Shown in pieces: positions 25,859 to 38,000 of a DNA stretch of 64,000 bases. Every line of letters starts with the position of its first letter. Position 1 is the first letter of the stretch. The translations under genes were made by a program, and so were the position numbers. The notes below the pieces were generated by a model. It was not told where the DNA came from. It did no database searches and saw only the letters and a program-made list of their open reading frames with translations. The stretch is taken from positions 186,001 to 250,000 of the forward strand of contig CAJINV010000016.1 of the NCBI GenBank assembly GCA_905178155.1. Direction: 5' to 3'. This DNA is from Amoebophrya sp. A120. Lineage: Eukaryota > Protista > Dinoflagellata.

Positions 25859-28800
25859 TTAGCAACACTTGAAAAACAACCACAGGAGTGCAAACACGCC
25901 TATGCAGGTAAATATCCACAGTCGACACACAAAGCACTCAAGTTTTCGGAGTTCATTTTTACTGAAACGAGTTGTCACTCCTGTGGTTCGATTTGAACCC
26001 CCGAGTTCTGACTTCCTACCGGAAGAAGTTCTCGCGCAATTTCTCATACTAGCTCCAGTTTCAGTCTTCGGACGAGGATCCTGTGTGTCTGGGCGAATCG
26101 AAATTAAGGACTGATCTTCTACTTTGACTTTGTTCTTAATAGTATCGTCAATGCGGTCGTCTTCAACTTTTCTTGTCAAAGCGCCACCGTGCGTGATCGT
26201 AAGGAAATCACCACCTGTCTCATCTTGCTGCTGCAGTTCTGGAGAGGGCAAACTCGCGCTTCTTTCCCTAGTGTAATTATATCGGGCAGTATGATGCTTC
26301 CGACCGCTGAAAGCGACTGGCACTCCCTCGTCCACCACCGCATGGTCATGGATGTCATCGCAGCTTCCTGTAGCTTTCCACGTACTTGTCCCTCGCCGGG
26401 CGGAAGGTGCCGCAGGGTACAACTGAAGAGCCAGTTGGTCTGCACTACAAGCGCTGTCCTCTTCAGATCCGGGTGGTGCCACGAACGGGATCGGGTGCCA
26501 CGTTCGGGCTGCTGCACTGCCACTAGGTAGTCGCTGTGATGTTCTTGTCGGCCCGCCATGCGTGGTCCTCGTGTAAGCAGCCGAAACGCCGTCTTCCTTT
26601 CGCGTCTCTAGCGAGGTACTCGCGACCAAGTCCGCACTTGCACTACCTGCAAGCACTGCGGTGGGCGGTGAAGACAGTATATGGCTCCTTGTGTCGTGAA
26701 GCGCAATAGAGTATACTTGCCTATTGTCATCGGTGCTCTGCTGCATTTGACCTAGCAGACGCTTCGTTGCCGCCGACGATAATTGCCGTTCATCTACTCT
26801 ATGGCTGCTGCTCTTTGGGTGGTCGCGCCTGTCGGTGCTCAGCTCGTCGGGCCGTTGAACGAGTGAACAAATCGACACAACACTCCGAGACGACGGACCG
26901 GACGCAGGCGAGACGGAAATATGATCGCAGTTTCGAGAATTTTGCAGCCCACGGTGTACAAATTCTTCGGAGGAAACAAGATCGATCAGAGAAGGAACGT
27001 CGTCCTTTCCGTCGCCAGAACTTCGTCGGCGTAAGGAAGCTGCTCTCCGCCTCGACATCGTTTCGTTTGATGAAGTCAGCGAAATGATTTGTTTCACACC
27101 ACCTCCCTCGACGTCAAGATCTTCTTCTCTTTGTGAAGTAGACGTGGTGCTGGCCCCATCAGGCCGACCCCGACCAGCAGCAGTCGCATAATTTTTGCGA
27201 TGATCATCACACTCCTCGTTTTCATCACCTTGTGTCTCGAAGGACCCGAATTCTTCTTTGGAACTCGACTCATTCGTCAGATCGTCGGCGGATGAGGAAG
27301 ACCATTCCTGCGCGTGCTGCAAAACCCGGCTTTCCAGTGCAGAAAAAGGATTGTTGTGGTCTACTACGCATCTACCGTGATGATCTTCGGTTGTGGTCTT
27401 GTTCTCCGGTCCTTGTCGATGTCTTCCCAACCTTGAAGCGGAGGATTTTTCTACAAAAGGCGAGCAATGTTGATTCATCTGGACGAGGATAAGATCCGTC
27501 GTATTCATCGCCATCCTCCTGAGATTGTCGTTGTGATTCTCAGCTTCTCGCACTAGGAGAGCTGTTTCCGTCTCACGATTCTGCTGTCCGGGGCCTCTCC
27601 CGTCAGTGTTGTGAATGTTCGACGGGTAAAAGAAAACGCTGGACGGGTGCTGCCGTGCCTGATCAGAAAAATTATCTCTCCGTGGATCTAGTGGTGAACT
27701 TTTCATTTTCCTCGTTCCCCCTCCTGGCGACCGGCCATAGGCACTGCTTGGTAGGGCTGCGGGATAGTAATCGACTTCTTCCTGATCTAGTAATGGGGTC
27801 GTGCCTTGGCGTTGATAGAACGCGGCACTGGGCCGCAAGGAGGGTGCTGGATCGTGTCCATGCGCGAAACGAAAATGACTGTTCATTTGGTCATGTGGCG
27901 GTGCCAGAAAAAACGCCCCTCCATGCTGAAGTGGTGCGCCGTGGAGGTTGGGAACAAAGTGATGTAGCTGCATGGAGAGGGCCGTGCTGTTTCCATTTCG
28001 GGTTTGGTTCGGGTTTCGCCGCTGGTAGCGTTGTTGCTGGTGCTCCTCGTCGTCACACGAACTGAGACCTGCGTGGTCCGGATCCTGGTCTTCCGAAGAA
28101 GAAAGCAGCTCTTGGCCTTGCTCTTGCTTGTCTGGAGAAATAAAACCCGGCCCGCCTCCCACCGTATATTCCGGAATGGAACAAAGAAGCCGCGCATCGT
28201 CATGCTGGATCAGATTGTCCAAGTGTTGGCGCTGTGAATTGGAGATAGGGTCAGATTCGGCGGGGCTCGAACCCGCATGCGATGAGGCAGCGGACGCCGA
28301 GCCAGCTGGAGTAGTGTGCGCTCTTCGCAGTGCAAACGAAGGCCGGGCTCCTGATGTTGCATGAATGGCATATGAAGAGGACTGCGGCATCTGATTCTGC
28401 TTTTCAGGTTGCAGTACCCGGCTGCCCTTTTTTCGAGGGGTGTCAAAGATTGGCAATGCAGCTGAATAGGCGCGCCCTCGATACGTTTGCTTTCCGTAAT
28501 ATCTTGTACCAATCGAGGTTGTATTTTCTTCCTCCACCTCCCCTGTACCTCCTTCCGTTATTTCGACGTACTTGCCTGCTACCCAAAACACCCACAGCAA
28601 TTCCAACGTGATGTGAATCAGTGCGACCCAAGTTAGCTGGAAGGCGCCGAAAAAAATCTGCAAAACAACTAAACCCGTAGTGATAGTCTGCAGGACCCGC
28701 AGAGAAAGCTCAAACTCCTCGAATCTAATTTGCAGTTGCTGGCGAATACTGGTCGTGTTGCGGAGCAGCTTTCGTCTGGAAGATAGAGAAGATGAAGACG

Positions 28801-31696
28801 CAGAGCTGCTCGTCGACATCTTTCCACCGGATGAAACTAAGAAATCTAGTACAAGGGAGTGCAACCGTTTTCCACATTTCCGCACGAGCCGTTCGACTTT
28901 GTCTACGAAAAAACAAGACTTGACCTTCGTGCTCACGATGCTGCTGGTGCTTTGCCGGGACAACGAATGTGGCTTTTTCTGTCCGTAGCTAGAGTAGGAA
29001 TAGGAACGCGCGAAGTTGTGGTCCGCAGGGGCGTAGTTGTAGCTGCCTTGACGTCGTCGCATTCTGTTGTGAGCGGATGAATCGTCATGAAGAAGATTGC
29101 CGTAGTGAGAATTTGGATGGTGACACGAACTACTGCTATTGTAGCCGCTATGTAGAAACATGTCGTCACCTTCGTCATGAGACTGAGTGTCTGATAGTTC
29201 ATTGTCAAAGAATTCCTCATCTTCAAAGATAGTTTCTTGCTCCATATTGCCCGGCCATCGTGGCCCACGCCGGACCCGGCTTGTATAATCCTGGTGCTCG
29301 CTCGACATCTCGGGATCACATGACTCGGCGTCGTCTACTCTGCTTTCGATATCATCACGGGCTGGCGCTCTCGTTCCTGGTTCTTTTCCTTTTCGATTCG
29401 TCTTTATCCATGTGCCGTAGTCGTGATTGCAAAACAAAACCTCCATCACGCAGATTTGCAGCTGGCGTAGCAGCGCCCACTGTTGTTCCAGGTACGATGG
29501 TGATGAAGCTCCGCTCTGGCCGGCACCGTATACGATGTTAGTACTACTGCTTTTGAACGAGCCCCGTGTGCTCTTCCCAACAACTGGGCCGCTCGTTCGT
29601 GGTCTATCCCCCAAAGCTCCTGCACTTTTTGCGGCTGCTTGTGTAGTTGTACGGCCATGAGACACACCACAACTGCTGGTGCTGATGCAGATGCTTTTAC
29701 AACTCCTCCTACGTAAATACAGAAACATCGCGAACAGAAATTGAAACACCACTACCCAGAAAAACCCGAGGAAAACGACGTAGGCGCCGTAAAGGTTGTC
29801 GCGGTAGATCGTTAACAGTAGCCCTGTGCTCGTTCCCGTCCCCGTTCCACCGAAGTCGTTTGCGGTAGAAGGCGGAAGCATCGAAGTGGCTGACCATGGA
29901 TTCAGAACGAACGCAGGTGGTCCTTGCGAATGGTAAAACGCGGTTAAGGAGCTCTGGATCGAGGTTCTTTGTTCACTTGCGCTATCATTGTCCTCAAGAT
30001 TGAGGGTTCTAAACGGGCCTCCACGATCTCCGTGGTCAGCAGTTATGTCATGATTGCTCATGCTTTTCTTCTTCATTCGAAACACTTGCTTATGGTTCGC
30101 TTGATAAGAAGAAGATGAGCCTCCGCCACCAGGAGTACCTGCTGCTCCGAGAGACCTAGTACTTGGATGGAAGAAACTACTTTTTGCGCCGGTTCCTGCT
30201 CCAGGAGACTGGTGATGATTTTGATTCCCGGCGTTATTTCCCGCTAGCAGCTCCGCCAGAACCTCTTGAAATTCATTCCTAAACTCGTAAGTCGACCGCA
30301 TTCGCCGCATCATGTTGACTTTCAGCATGGCTTTTCCCCTGGGAACGGGAAGCAGCGGCTGCTGCTGCAGATGATGATGCTGCGGGTTGCTGCTCTGTTG
30401 GTGCGCAACTACGTGGTGTGCCAAATACTGGTGCAGTGGCGGTGGGACCACTTGCATTTGCTGGTCGCGACCATGCACCGACGGCACCGGCACCGTTCTC
30501 GTCAATGCCGTCAGGGTTGGCTGGCTCAGGTTCGCGTTCGGTGGGGAGAACCGGTTATTCTGGGGTTGCGAGATTATTACTTGCTGTGGGAAGACAACAT
30601 TATTGACATTCAAGTCCAGCTGCACTGACGCAGCACGTGGAATAGCACTACTAGCAGTACTTCCCCCAGGTGTGGCAACCGTTGTTGGTGATAAAGTTGG
30701 TGGCACAGCTGCTCGCCCTGGAGTCGAATTATTGTTTCTCTGCACCAAGTTTACATACAGCTGCTGTTCGTGATTGTGAAAAATGAACTGGTCTTCGTCA
30801 GAGGTGGTGCCAGTTGTCGTTCCGGTCCCACCGCTGTTATAATCATCGTCGGACGATGAGGTGAGTAAATCCAGCCCGTTCGGTGAACAGATACTGTTGT
30901 AATACGTTGCCGCTGTCGGCACAGCCACCGGGGGCGGTTTCGCTGTCTGAGCAGTTCTTGTAGTGCCGCGGTAGGTATAGTTGCTGGGAGCAGCGGCCAC
31001 GGCAGACGCTGATCCGGGTGACGCTTGAGTTGCCGGGTTTGCAACTCTAGTGGCTGCAGCTGCTGTAGAACAAGCTCCTGGAGCTGTATAATTACCAGCA
31101 GCCGTATCAAAAGAGGGTATTGACCCAGGCGTAGTGCCACCACCTCCGGCGGGTGTTGTGACTGCCCGGCTGGCTGCTGGCTGTTGAGATGATGCTCCAA
31201 GAAAAGTTGGTACTGGGTGGATGCCACCAGCTGGGGTGGCCTGTCCCGTCGCGTCGGAAGGATCTCCCAAAGCCGCCCGTGGTAGAAATGAGTTCGAATT
31301 TTTAGAAGGTACGCGAGTAGATGCAGTAACTGTCTTTTGGCCTAGATGAACGTCCTCGATGACGTCACTGACCGGAACGTTGTGTGCGGGAGGCGTTGCA
31401 CAGGCCCCATCAAACGTGCCCTGTGGTGGCCGCAAACCTCGTCTTTCTGGAAAAGCATCTTCCTGCTGCCTTCCAAGTTCTTGAACACTTCTAGGGACGA
31501 GCAGGCCGCCAACAGTAGCTCCCGCTGGCGTCGGCGGAAACAATGCTTCAACAGCAGCAGACGGATTATGAGAAGATATTCCGCCGGCAAAGACGAAGAA
31601 GAGAATCAGGGACGCGTAGTGAACGATTCCAAAAGCGGAGGCAACAGCAAGGAAAGACCAGTAGAATGTTGTTGACCATGTTGGGGTCTTGGGCAT
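25859..31696 (-). CDS. 1945-aa intronless low-complexity membrane protein
   Basis: Uninterrupted 5.8-kb ORF with N-terminal hydrophobic segments, internal TM-like segments (YGAYVVFLGFFWVVVFQFLFAMFLYL; GLVVLQIFFGAFQLTWVALIHITLELLWVFWV) and a C-terminal TM ending KCC. Confidence 0.75.
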   Translation of the reverse strand: MPKTPTWSTTFYWSFLAVASAFGIVHYASLILFFVFAGGISSHNPSAAVEALFPPTPAGATVGGLLVPRSVQELGRQQEDAFPERRGLRPPQGTFDGACATPPAHNVPVSDVIEDVHLGQKTVTASTRVPSKNSNSFLPRAALGDPSDATGQATPAGGIHPVPTFLGASSQQPAASRAVTTPAGGGGTTPGSIPSFDTAAGNYTAPGACSTAAAATRVANPATQASPGSASAVAAAPSNYTYRGTTRTAQTAKPPPVAVPTAATYYNSICSPNGLDLLTSSSDDDYNSGGTGTTTGTTSDEDQFIFHNHEQQLYVNLVQRNNNSTPGRAAVPPTLSPTTVATPGGSTASSAIPRAASVQLDLNVNNVVFPQQVIISQPQNNRFSPPNANLSQPTLTALTRTVPVPSVHGRDQQMQVVPPPLHQYLAHHVVAHQQSSNPQHHHLQQQPLLPVPRGKAMLKVNMMRRMRSTYEFRNEFQEVLAELLAGNNAGNQNHHQSPGAGTGAKSSFFHPSTRSLGAAGTPGGGGSSSSYQANHKQVFRMKKKSMSNHDITADHGDRGGPFRTLNLEDNDSASEQRTSIQSSLTAFYHSQGPPAFVLNPWSATSMLPPSTANDFGGTGTGTSTGLLLTIYRDNLYGAYVVFLGFFWVVVFQFLFAMFLYLRRRSCKSICISTSSCGVSHGRTTTQAAAKSAGALGDRPRTSGPVVGKSTRGSFKSSSTNIVYGAGQSGASSPSYLEQQWALLRQLQICVMEVLFCNHDYGTWIKTNRKGKEPGTRAPARDDIESRVDDAESCDPEMSSEHQDYTSRVRRGPRWPGNMEQETIFEDEEFFDNELSDTQSHDEGDDMFLHSGYNSSSSCHHPNSHYGNLLHDDSSAHNRMRRRQGSYNYAPADHNFARSYSYSSYGQKKPHSLSRQSTSSIVSTKVKSCFFVDKVERLVRKCGKRLHSLVLDFLVSSGGKMSTSSSASSSSLSSRRKLLRNTTSIRQQLQIRFEEFELSLRVLQTITTGLVVLQIFFGAFQLTWVALIHITLELLWVFWVAGKYVEITEGGTGEVEEENTTSIGTRYYGKQTYRGRAYSAALPIFDTPRKKGSRVLQPEKQNQMPQSSSYAIHATSGARPSFALRRAHTTPAGSASAASSHAGSSPAESDPISNSQRQHLDNLIQHDDARLLCSIPEYTVGGGPGFISPDKQEQGQELLSSSEDQDPDHAGLSSCDDEEHQQQRYQRRNPNQTRNGNSTALSMQLHHFVPNLHGAPLQHGGAFFLAPPHDQMNSHFRFAHGHDPAPSLRPSAAFYQRQGTTPLLDQEEVDYYPAALPSSAYGRSPGGGTRKMKSSPLDPRRDNFSDQARQHPSSVFFYPSNIHNTDGRGPGQQNRETETALLVREAENHNDNLRRMAMNTTDLILVQMNQHCSPFVEKSSASRLGRHRQGPENKTTTEDHHGRCVVDHNNPFSALESRVLQHAQEWSSSSADDLTNESSSKEEFGSFETQGDENEECDDHRKNYATAAGRGRPDGASTTSTSQREEDLDVEGGGVKQIISLTSSNETMSRRRAASLRRRSSGDGKDDVPSLIDLVSSEEFVHRGLQNSRNCDHISVSPASGPSSRSVVSICSLVQRPDELSTDRRDHPKSSSHRVDERQLSSAATKRLLGQMQQSTDDNRQVYSIALHDTRSHILSSPPTAVLAGSASADLVASTSLETRKEDGVSAAYTRTTHGGPTRTSQRLPSGSAAARTWHPIPFVAPPGSEEDSACSADQLALQLYPAAPSARRGTSTWKATGSCDDIHDHAVVDEGVPVAFSGRKHHTARYNYTRERSASLPSPELQQQDETGGDFLTITHGGALTRKVEDDRIDDTIKNKVKVEDQSLISIRPDTQDPRPKTETGASMRNCARTSSGRKSELGGSNRTTGVTTRFSKNELRKLECFVCRLWIFTCIGVFALLWLFFKCC

Positions 31697-32440
31697 AATT
31701 CGGAAGTGCTAGTTGTACCTAGTAGAGCCGCTTTCTGTTGGTGATTTTGCAGTTCTTGTTGCGACTTTCTGCTCCGTACTGAACTCGTTTGCAAAATCAA
31801 AAGGATTGAAGTATCCGACCCTTTTTATTCGTGGTCTAATCACATATGCACTGTCGCGGATCAGCTACTAGAGAACCAGATACTTACTTCGAGCATTTCA
31901 CGACCGCAGCGTTCGACCACGACTACAGAGAGCTTTCAGACCACGAATTCAGACTTTATTTGCGAGAGCACGTTGGCGTAGCTTGGCCTTGAAGGTTTTT
32001 GTTGCGTTTCCGGAATGGCGGGATTTTAGATGAAAACGCATCCATTTCCACGACGGCGGCCGAACACTGATTGCATGCGGGCTCCTCCTACCTCCCTTGG
32101 AAAGCGCTCCAGCTCCGGTTTGTGAGTCAGAGTCGAAAGAAACACAGCTTTTTCCTCACTTTTTCTGGCGTTTTGATTGTGTATTCATATTCAGATTCGA
32201 TTCGCGCCAGAGCATGAGAGACGTTTCACCGTCTCAAAACTTCAATTTGGCATCAAAAAACCTGGCCCCAATACTGCACGAGACGCTGCGGAGGAGTGCT
32301 TTCATTTCTCGTTCGATTTCTAGTTGAAGTCATTATTGATCTGGAAACAGAAACGCAAGCTCAAGCTACAACAATTCAGTTCAGCTATGTAATGTCGTTC
32401 TTGTTCTATCCACTACCACATAAATGATAATTTTCCGTCC

Positions 32441-33090
32441 TCACATAATCGTGCACAGTGGTGCCTTCGCCGCAAAATGTGCCCTCACGGCCTGCTGACA
32501 AGGTTCCATCTGCGCCGCTTTATCGCCCGCGAACCAGCGATATCACAGTGCACAACGGACCCCCTCCCCCTCATTTGTCATGCCAAATGCCAAATCTAGT
32601 TTTTGCCCCTTGTGAATGGTAGCATCACAGATTCTGGCTGCAGCCCCCCAAACACCACTACAATCCTGTGAAAATTTGTCATGCAAAAGCTGCACTCGTG
32701 CAGGCCCTTCTATTGCTGTTCAATGCAATACAAATGAGGGGGAGGGGGAGTTGTGCACTCTCATAACCGATGGCACTCCCGGTCGCATTCTCCTTTGTCG
32801 TTTGGACAGGTCACATATCCTTTGCAAAAGTATCGCACTCGTAGTAATTGCGGTCATGCATTACAAAATTTTTTCCTAAGGCAAATCGGCATGACAAGTT
32901 ATATTTCTAATGCTGTATACGAGTACGATACTTTTGCAATTCATATCACAGAAACGTCGGGGAGCGACGGAGAAGCTTTTGGCCGGAACTTCACCTCGAC
33001 GAGCTCAGGAGTGGCCTCGGAGCTGGACGCTGGGTACAGGATTCCGTCGAAAATATTGAAGGCGTCGACGGATTTCAGGAGACCAGACAT
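32441..33090 (-). CDS. 94-aa hypothetical protein with C-terminal CaaX box (CTIM)
   Basis: Exons 33090-32946, 32810-32766 and 32535-32441 (285 nt) give MSGLLKSVDAFNIFDGILYPASSSEATPELVEVKFRPKASPSLPDVSVTCPNDKGECDRECHRWFAGDKAAQMEPCQQAVRAHFAAKAPLCTIM*. Absent from the ORF track. Confidence 0.7.
32541..32765. mobile_element. Introner family G
   Basis: TIR TAT..AGTGCACAAC..CCCCCTCCCCCTCATTTGT; DR AGCGA/ACCGA. Confidence 0.87.
32816..32945. mobile_element. Introner family A
   Basis: Family A TIR; DR TCACA. Confidence 0.9.
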
Positions 33091-33548
33091 ACTTAGTTTG
33101 TGGTGCTGTGAGGGGTTCCTTCAGGAACTTGTTTCACCTACAAGCACGGATCCCTATAGCAAGAACTTTATTCAACATTGCTCTTCGTTTTACTGAACAA
33201 CTAACACTGCAGATTGCGCTCAGGAGCTGTGACGCTATGCAAACCTTACCCACGACGACAGAACCTGGGCGAAACGAATAGTACTCACGACACATCTCTA
33301 CCCTCGTGGCAACAACGCTAATAGACCATTGCTCAAAATGTTGACGAATATCTCATTTTCGTTCTGATGATCCACTTCCACACGATGGCGAAATAGTACT
33401 ATGGGAACAAAATCGACTCGTCGCTTTTTGTCTTTTATGCGGTACTACGCCAACATGCGACAGCGAGGACAGAAAATGCTTCCACTATCCTTGTACGCCT
33501 TGCGTCTCTTGTATCTGGTGGCGCCGCTCGCAAAAAGTCTGCCACTTT

Positions 33549-34301
33549 TCATCCGAGCAGCTTCAAGCCTCGGAAATATTTTGCAAGCATTGGCTTTGGC
33601 CGTGGCCAGGTGGCTACTTATGCATTGCAAGGATGTCTGGGTCTGGAAACATGGAACTTGTAATGCTAGTCCTACATTCCTGTAAGATCTGTATTGCATG
33701 ACCAACAAAGTAGAAACGCGCTCTTTTGTCCTATAAAAGTGCAGCTTGATGTCATGCGGACTGCGCATGACAAAGTGTTCGGCAAACTTGTGATGCTTGG
33801 CTGCCTTGGGAAGTATTGCAGTCGTGCACAGTTCAGCATCACAAGTTTCCAGACCCAGACATATTTCTTTGCATTTGATACTACTGCGGTTAAAACATTC
33901 TCTGGCTGCTCCATCCACCTGTAGAATTTCACGTCATCCTTTTCCATTTTCGCACATATCTTCTCCAGCGCGGCAACGTCTTTCGCACCCAGCACGCACT
34001 TTCTCATCGTGTCTAGGGATTTCTTATCGGTGTAGGCGATTGTGTTGACGTCGTGTATTCTCAACCCCTCTGCTATTGCGGCAACCGAGGCATGCGCACC
34101 TTGGGCGACGATCGCGCCGGTCGGCCAGGGGGTTGAAGTTGAGGTCGTTGTTCCGTCGTCCGCGGTCTTTTGCTCTGTGTAGGCGAGATCCTGACGGATC
34201 ACCAGGTACTGAATGAGGTCGGCTGGTGGGTACTCTGTTTGTAGGTCTGCCGCGGCTTCGGCCGTTGTATTCGGCTTTTTCGCATCTGGTTCGTCGCTCA
34301 T
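33549..34301 (-). CDS. PTRHD1: Peptidyl-tRNA hydrolase PTH2-family protein, PTRHD1-like
   Basis: LIQYLVIRQDL..WPTGAIVAQGAHASVAAI..MRKCVL..WMEQPENVLTAV|ATWPRPKPMLAKYFRGLKLLG*. The conserved C-terminus appears only after excising 33619-33880 plus 5 nt. Confidence 0.85.
33619..33880. mobile_element. Introner family C
   Basis: TIR core ATGTCTGGGTCTGGAAAC; DR CTACT. Confidence 0.9.
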
Positions 34302-35023
34302 GTTTTTGGCACCTGCTGGCGCTTTGGCAATTATGGTGCTACGTAGAGAAAACGAGTACTAGTGTAGAGGTACATATGTCAAGAGGATACTGTATATCTG
34401 TGTGCCATCGTCGTGAAAGGCGAGCTGTACAGGTGACTACCAAAATGCAGCAGGAGAAACAACAAAGCTTGAAATAAACGAGACCGCCTCTGATCACAAT
34501 CGAGGATTGATTGGACGCTGACCGTCTCGAAATGACCTGCAACAATGAAACCACAATGTTAAGCAATCATGATCCAGTTTTTTTCTTTTTTGCTGCTCGG
34601 TAGCGTATTTACTTTTCATTTACGTACTTTCCGATTTCTTGTGGTGGGCCTGAGCCCGCTCCACGTACTGTGATCATCTGCAACAGGATTCATATCCGTA
34701 ACCTCACCATGTACATGTTGTGAAGCAACACGAAACAGCCCTGCACCCACAGAGTGGGTGGGAAGAGAAAGGCCCCGACGTAGATTCGTTCCGAATCCCA
34801 GTGCGGCTCTGCACGCACGGGCATTTGGGTGTTGCTGTTGGTGTTCGTGCTCCTTCTCTGTGTCTTGCTCATTAGATTTTCTCACCCAGCATCTTCATAT
34901 TCGATTTACATTTCGAAAAGCACAAAGCAAAAGCAGCTCGACGTCTTCATATGTGTGATGTTTGTGATCCGATGTAGTAGTACATGGACTCAAAACTCAC
35001 CTTTCAGGGTAGTTCACTTTTCG

Positions 35024-38000
35024 TTAGATTTCGTTGATTTCAACACAACCTGAACCGGGTGTCGCACTCGCTTTCAAAACCTTCCCTCCCGGCGGCAAAA
35101 CCGTGTCTACGAAGTACAAGCCGCAAAACCGCTCGAATTTCTTCCACGGTTCTGGTTCTGCATGATCATGTAGTTGTTTTTCATTTCCTTTTCTACCTTT
35201 CCCCTGCGGCATCACCACCACTGGCATTTTGTAGACGCTTTCCACTGCAGCAGAGACCTCCTCGTGTATTGAATGCAAAAGCATCGCACTGGTATGAATT
35301 GCATTACAAATTGGCTCAGCACTACAAATAAAATTTGTTATGCTGTTTTACCTTAGGAAAGAGATTTGTCATGCATAACCGCAATTCCTACGAGTACGAT
35401 AATTTTGCAGTTCATATCGTGCAAAACGGAGCTATTCCCCACGTTGTCATCAGGTTTTGGTACAGTGGCCAGGATTTCCTGCGGTCCGACGGTGATCTGG
35501 GTCAAGAAGGTCTTGTGGCTCTGAGGACGAGCCGAAGTCGTATTAGAGAAGTCTTCCGCGGGCGATAATTGTTGACCCGCTTGGCCGCGGGGGCCGTCCG
35601 TGGTTCCGCTGGTGGGGCTGCAATACAAATCCGGCATCAGATTTCTCAAATTCCGCAGCGAAAATCCGTGGAAAAAGCATCGGAGCAAGCTTCTCTGAGG
35701 CACGAAAAATCTGCAGCTCACCAGTGCCGTGCAGAACCGTCTGCTCGCAAAGTTCTGCGTCATCTCTTCTGTTTTGTCCTCGAGCTTGAAAGGACTTGGT
35801 TTGGATGTGGATGTTCTGCTGGTGATACTGCTGCTGCTGCTGCTGCATCCTTCGTCGTTGGCAGTAGTACCATCGTCTTTTTCAAAAATCTCGTCGCAGT
35901 CACTATTCCAAATGGTCAGCAACCGGTTCAGAAACCCCAGGTCTGTGTGCCCGTAGAGACTGAAAGCTAGAGTTGTAGCGCGGGAAATGATATGCGTTGC
36001 AAATATGTCTGGGTCTGGAAACTTGTTATGCTAGTTTGGTAACGGTGGACGCACTGCAATATGCAGCAGTCAAGCATGGCAACTTTTTGAGCTGTTTTGT
36101 GTTTCATTTTCCGCATGAGCAGAGCCTGCCTTCTTGCATGACAGGCAAAAGGGTTCTTTCCTGCTCACGCATCACAGAGTTGGGAGTCATGTAAGACGAG
36201 CATGGCAAACTTCCGCTCTTCCAGACCCAGACATCTTTGCATTGGATAAATGATCAGCGCAGACAAGTTGTCCTCTTTGATCATAGCGTCCGGTTTGTGC
36301 GTTTCCGCGAAGCACGGAAAGCTGGGAGGGACGGATTTAGTAGAAGTGCTAGTACAAGTAGAACTTGGGACGACGACTGCGGAAAGCTGTAGATTTTTGG
36401 TGCTCGTGCTGGTCAAAATGTCTTCCACTTCAACACATTCTTGTTGTTCTTTCGTTTCGTTCGCTTCCATCTCCATCTGCTTTCTCCATTCGACCCTTTT
36501 CTCCCGCAATCGGTGCAACTGCAGTCCGCCTTTCGTTTTGTCCTCCTTGTCGAGGTAGGCGTTCTTTTCCCGTCCTATCTCTGGTCTTGTTGCCGCGTCA
36601 AACAACGCCACTTCGTCTTCAAACTCCGAGGAGTAGAGAAACTCCTTTTTCAAGTACCCCAAATACCCATCGTGCCACACACCCAGCCAGTGGCAGTAGT
36701 AGGCGAATCGTCCTATGTTTGCCCGAGATTCGACCCACATTCGGGGCTTTATCCTGTGCAAAAGTAATATCGTAGTCGTACTAATCGCATTCATGCACTA
36801 GCATTACAAGTTTCTTTCTCAAGTTGAATCCGCATTACAAATTTCATTTCTCATACTGAAGAGATTTGCATTTGTCATGCGATTTATACTAGTACGTTGC
36901 TTTTGCATTTCATAGGCTTCTCCTCTATCAAATACCGGAAGACCCGCGTCAACGCGGGCGCATCGACGTAACTCGTCCGCGCGTAGATCTCCAGTAGTTG
37001 GCAAAACGCGGGAAAGGACGCGGCGCAGGGCTCGAAGAAGCGGCTCGGGTAGAATTTCGACTCATGCGTGGCGAACCGGTCGAGAAAGCCCCCGGCTTCC
37101 TATGAACTGCAAATATGTCTGGGTCTGGAAGATTGGGATTGCCAGGTTTGTCATGCATATTTTGCATGGCCCATGATGTCTGTAATGCATGCACTAGCAT
37201 CACAGATTTTTAGAGGGCATCCTAATGCATATTCCGCATGAGAAATGCCGTCTGCGCGTAGCACAAACTGCAGCCCTCTTGCTGCTCATGCAACACAAAT
37301 TTTTTTCGGATCCAAAGACATAGACAGCATCACAAGTTTAGAATCAATCTTCCAGACCCAGACACATTTGCATTTAATACTTCCCGCTGTTGCACGACCA
37401 ACGAGGTTTGGTCTTCCTTGAGGCACTTCCTGATCCGGCGGCCCATCACGTAGAGCACTCTGTCGTCCCGGAAATTCAACCGCGTGAACGCGGACACGCA
37501 CCGGATCACCTGGGTCGGGTTCGCGCGGTCGATCTTCCGCAGCATGATCTCGGCCACACGGACGAACAGCTTCTCATCGTATTCCCGGTTCGTTGCGTAG
37601 CTCCAGGTGATTTGCACCAGTTCGTCCCAGGAACACCGCCACAGCTCCTTTTGCAAACAATGCTCGGAAAAGTGGGAGAACAAAGCGTGGTCGTAGTAGT
37701 TATGTTTCGCAAAAGTGTGCACGGTTTGGATCACGTCGTGCAGCTCCGTGATTCTGCCACTTATAAGCCGCTTAGACGTTACAATCTCAAACGTTACAAT
37801 AGAATCTTGAATTTGCCTTGCATGAAGAGCATGACGAACGTACAGAGTCTTGCGCTTTTCGCAATACAAATCTCGTCAGATTCCAGTGCGGTGCGGAACT
37901 CCAGAACTTGTCATGCGCAATCCTGTGCGAATTGGGTAGATCATGCAGTTCTTGCATCACAAAATCCAGATTCTATTGTAACAGTTGAGATTGTAACGTC

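Noticed and set aside
23804-25996. 337-aa (+) and 335-aa (-) ORFs as a possible transposase or retroelement
   Set aside because: No DDE, RT or other motif; explained by GC content.
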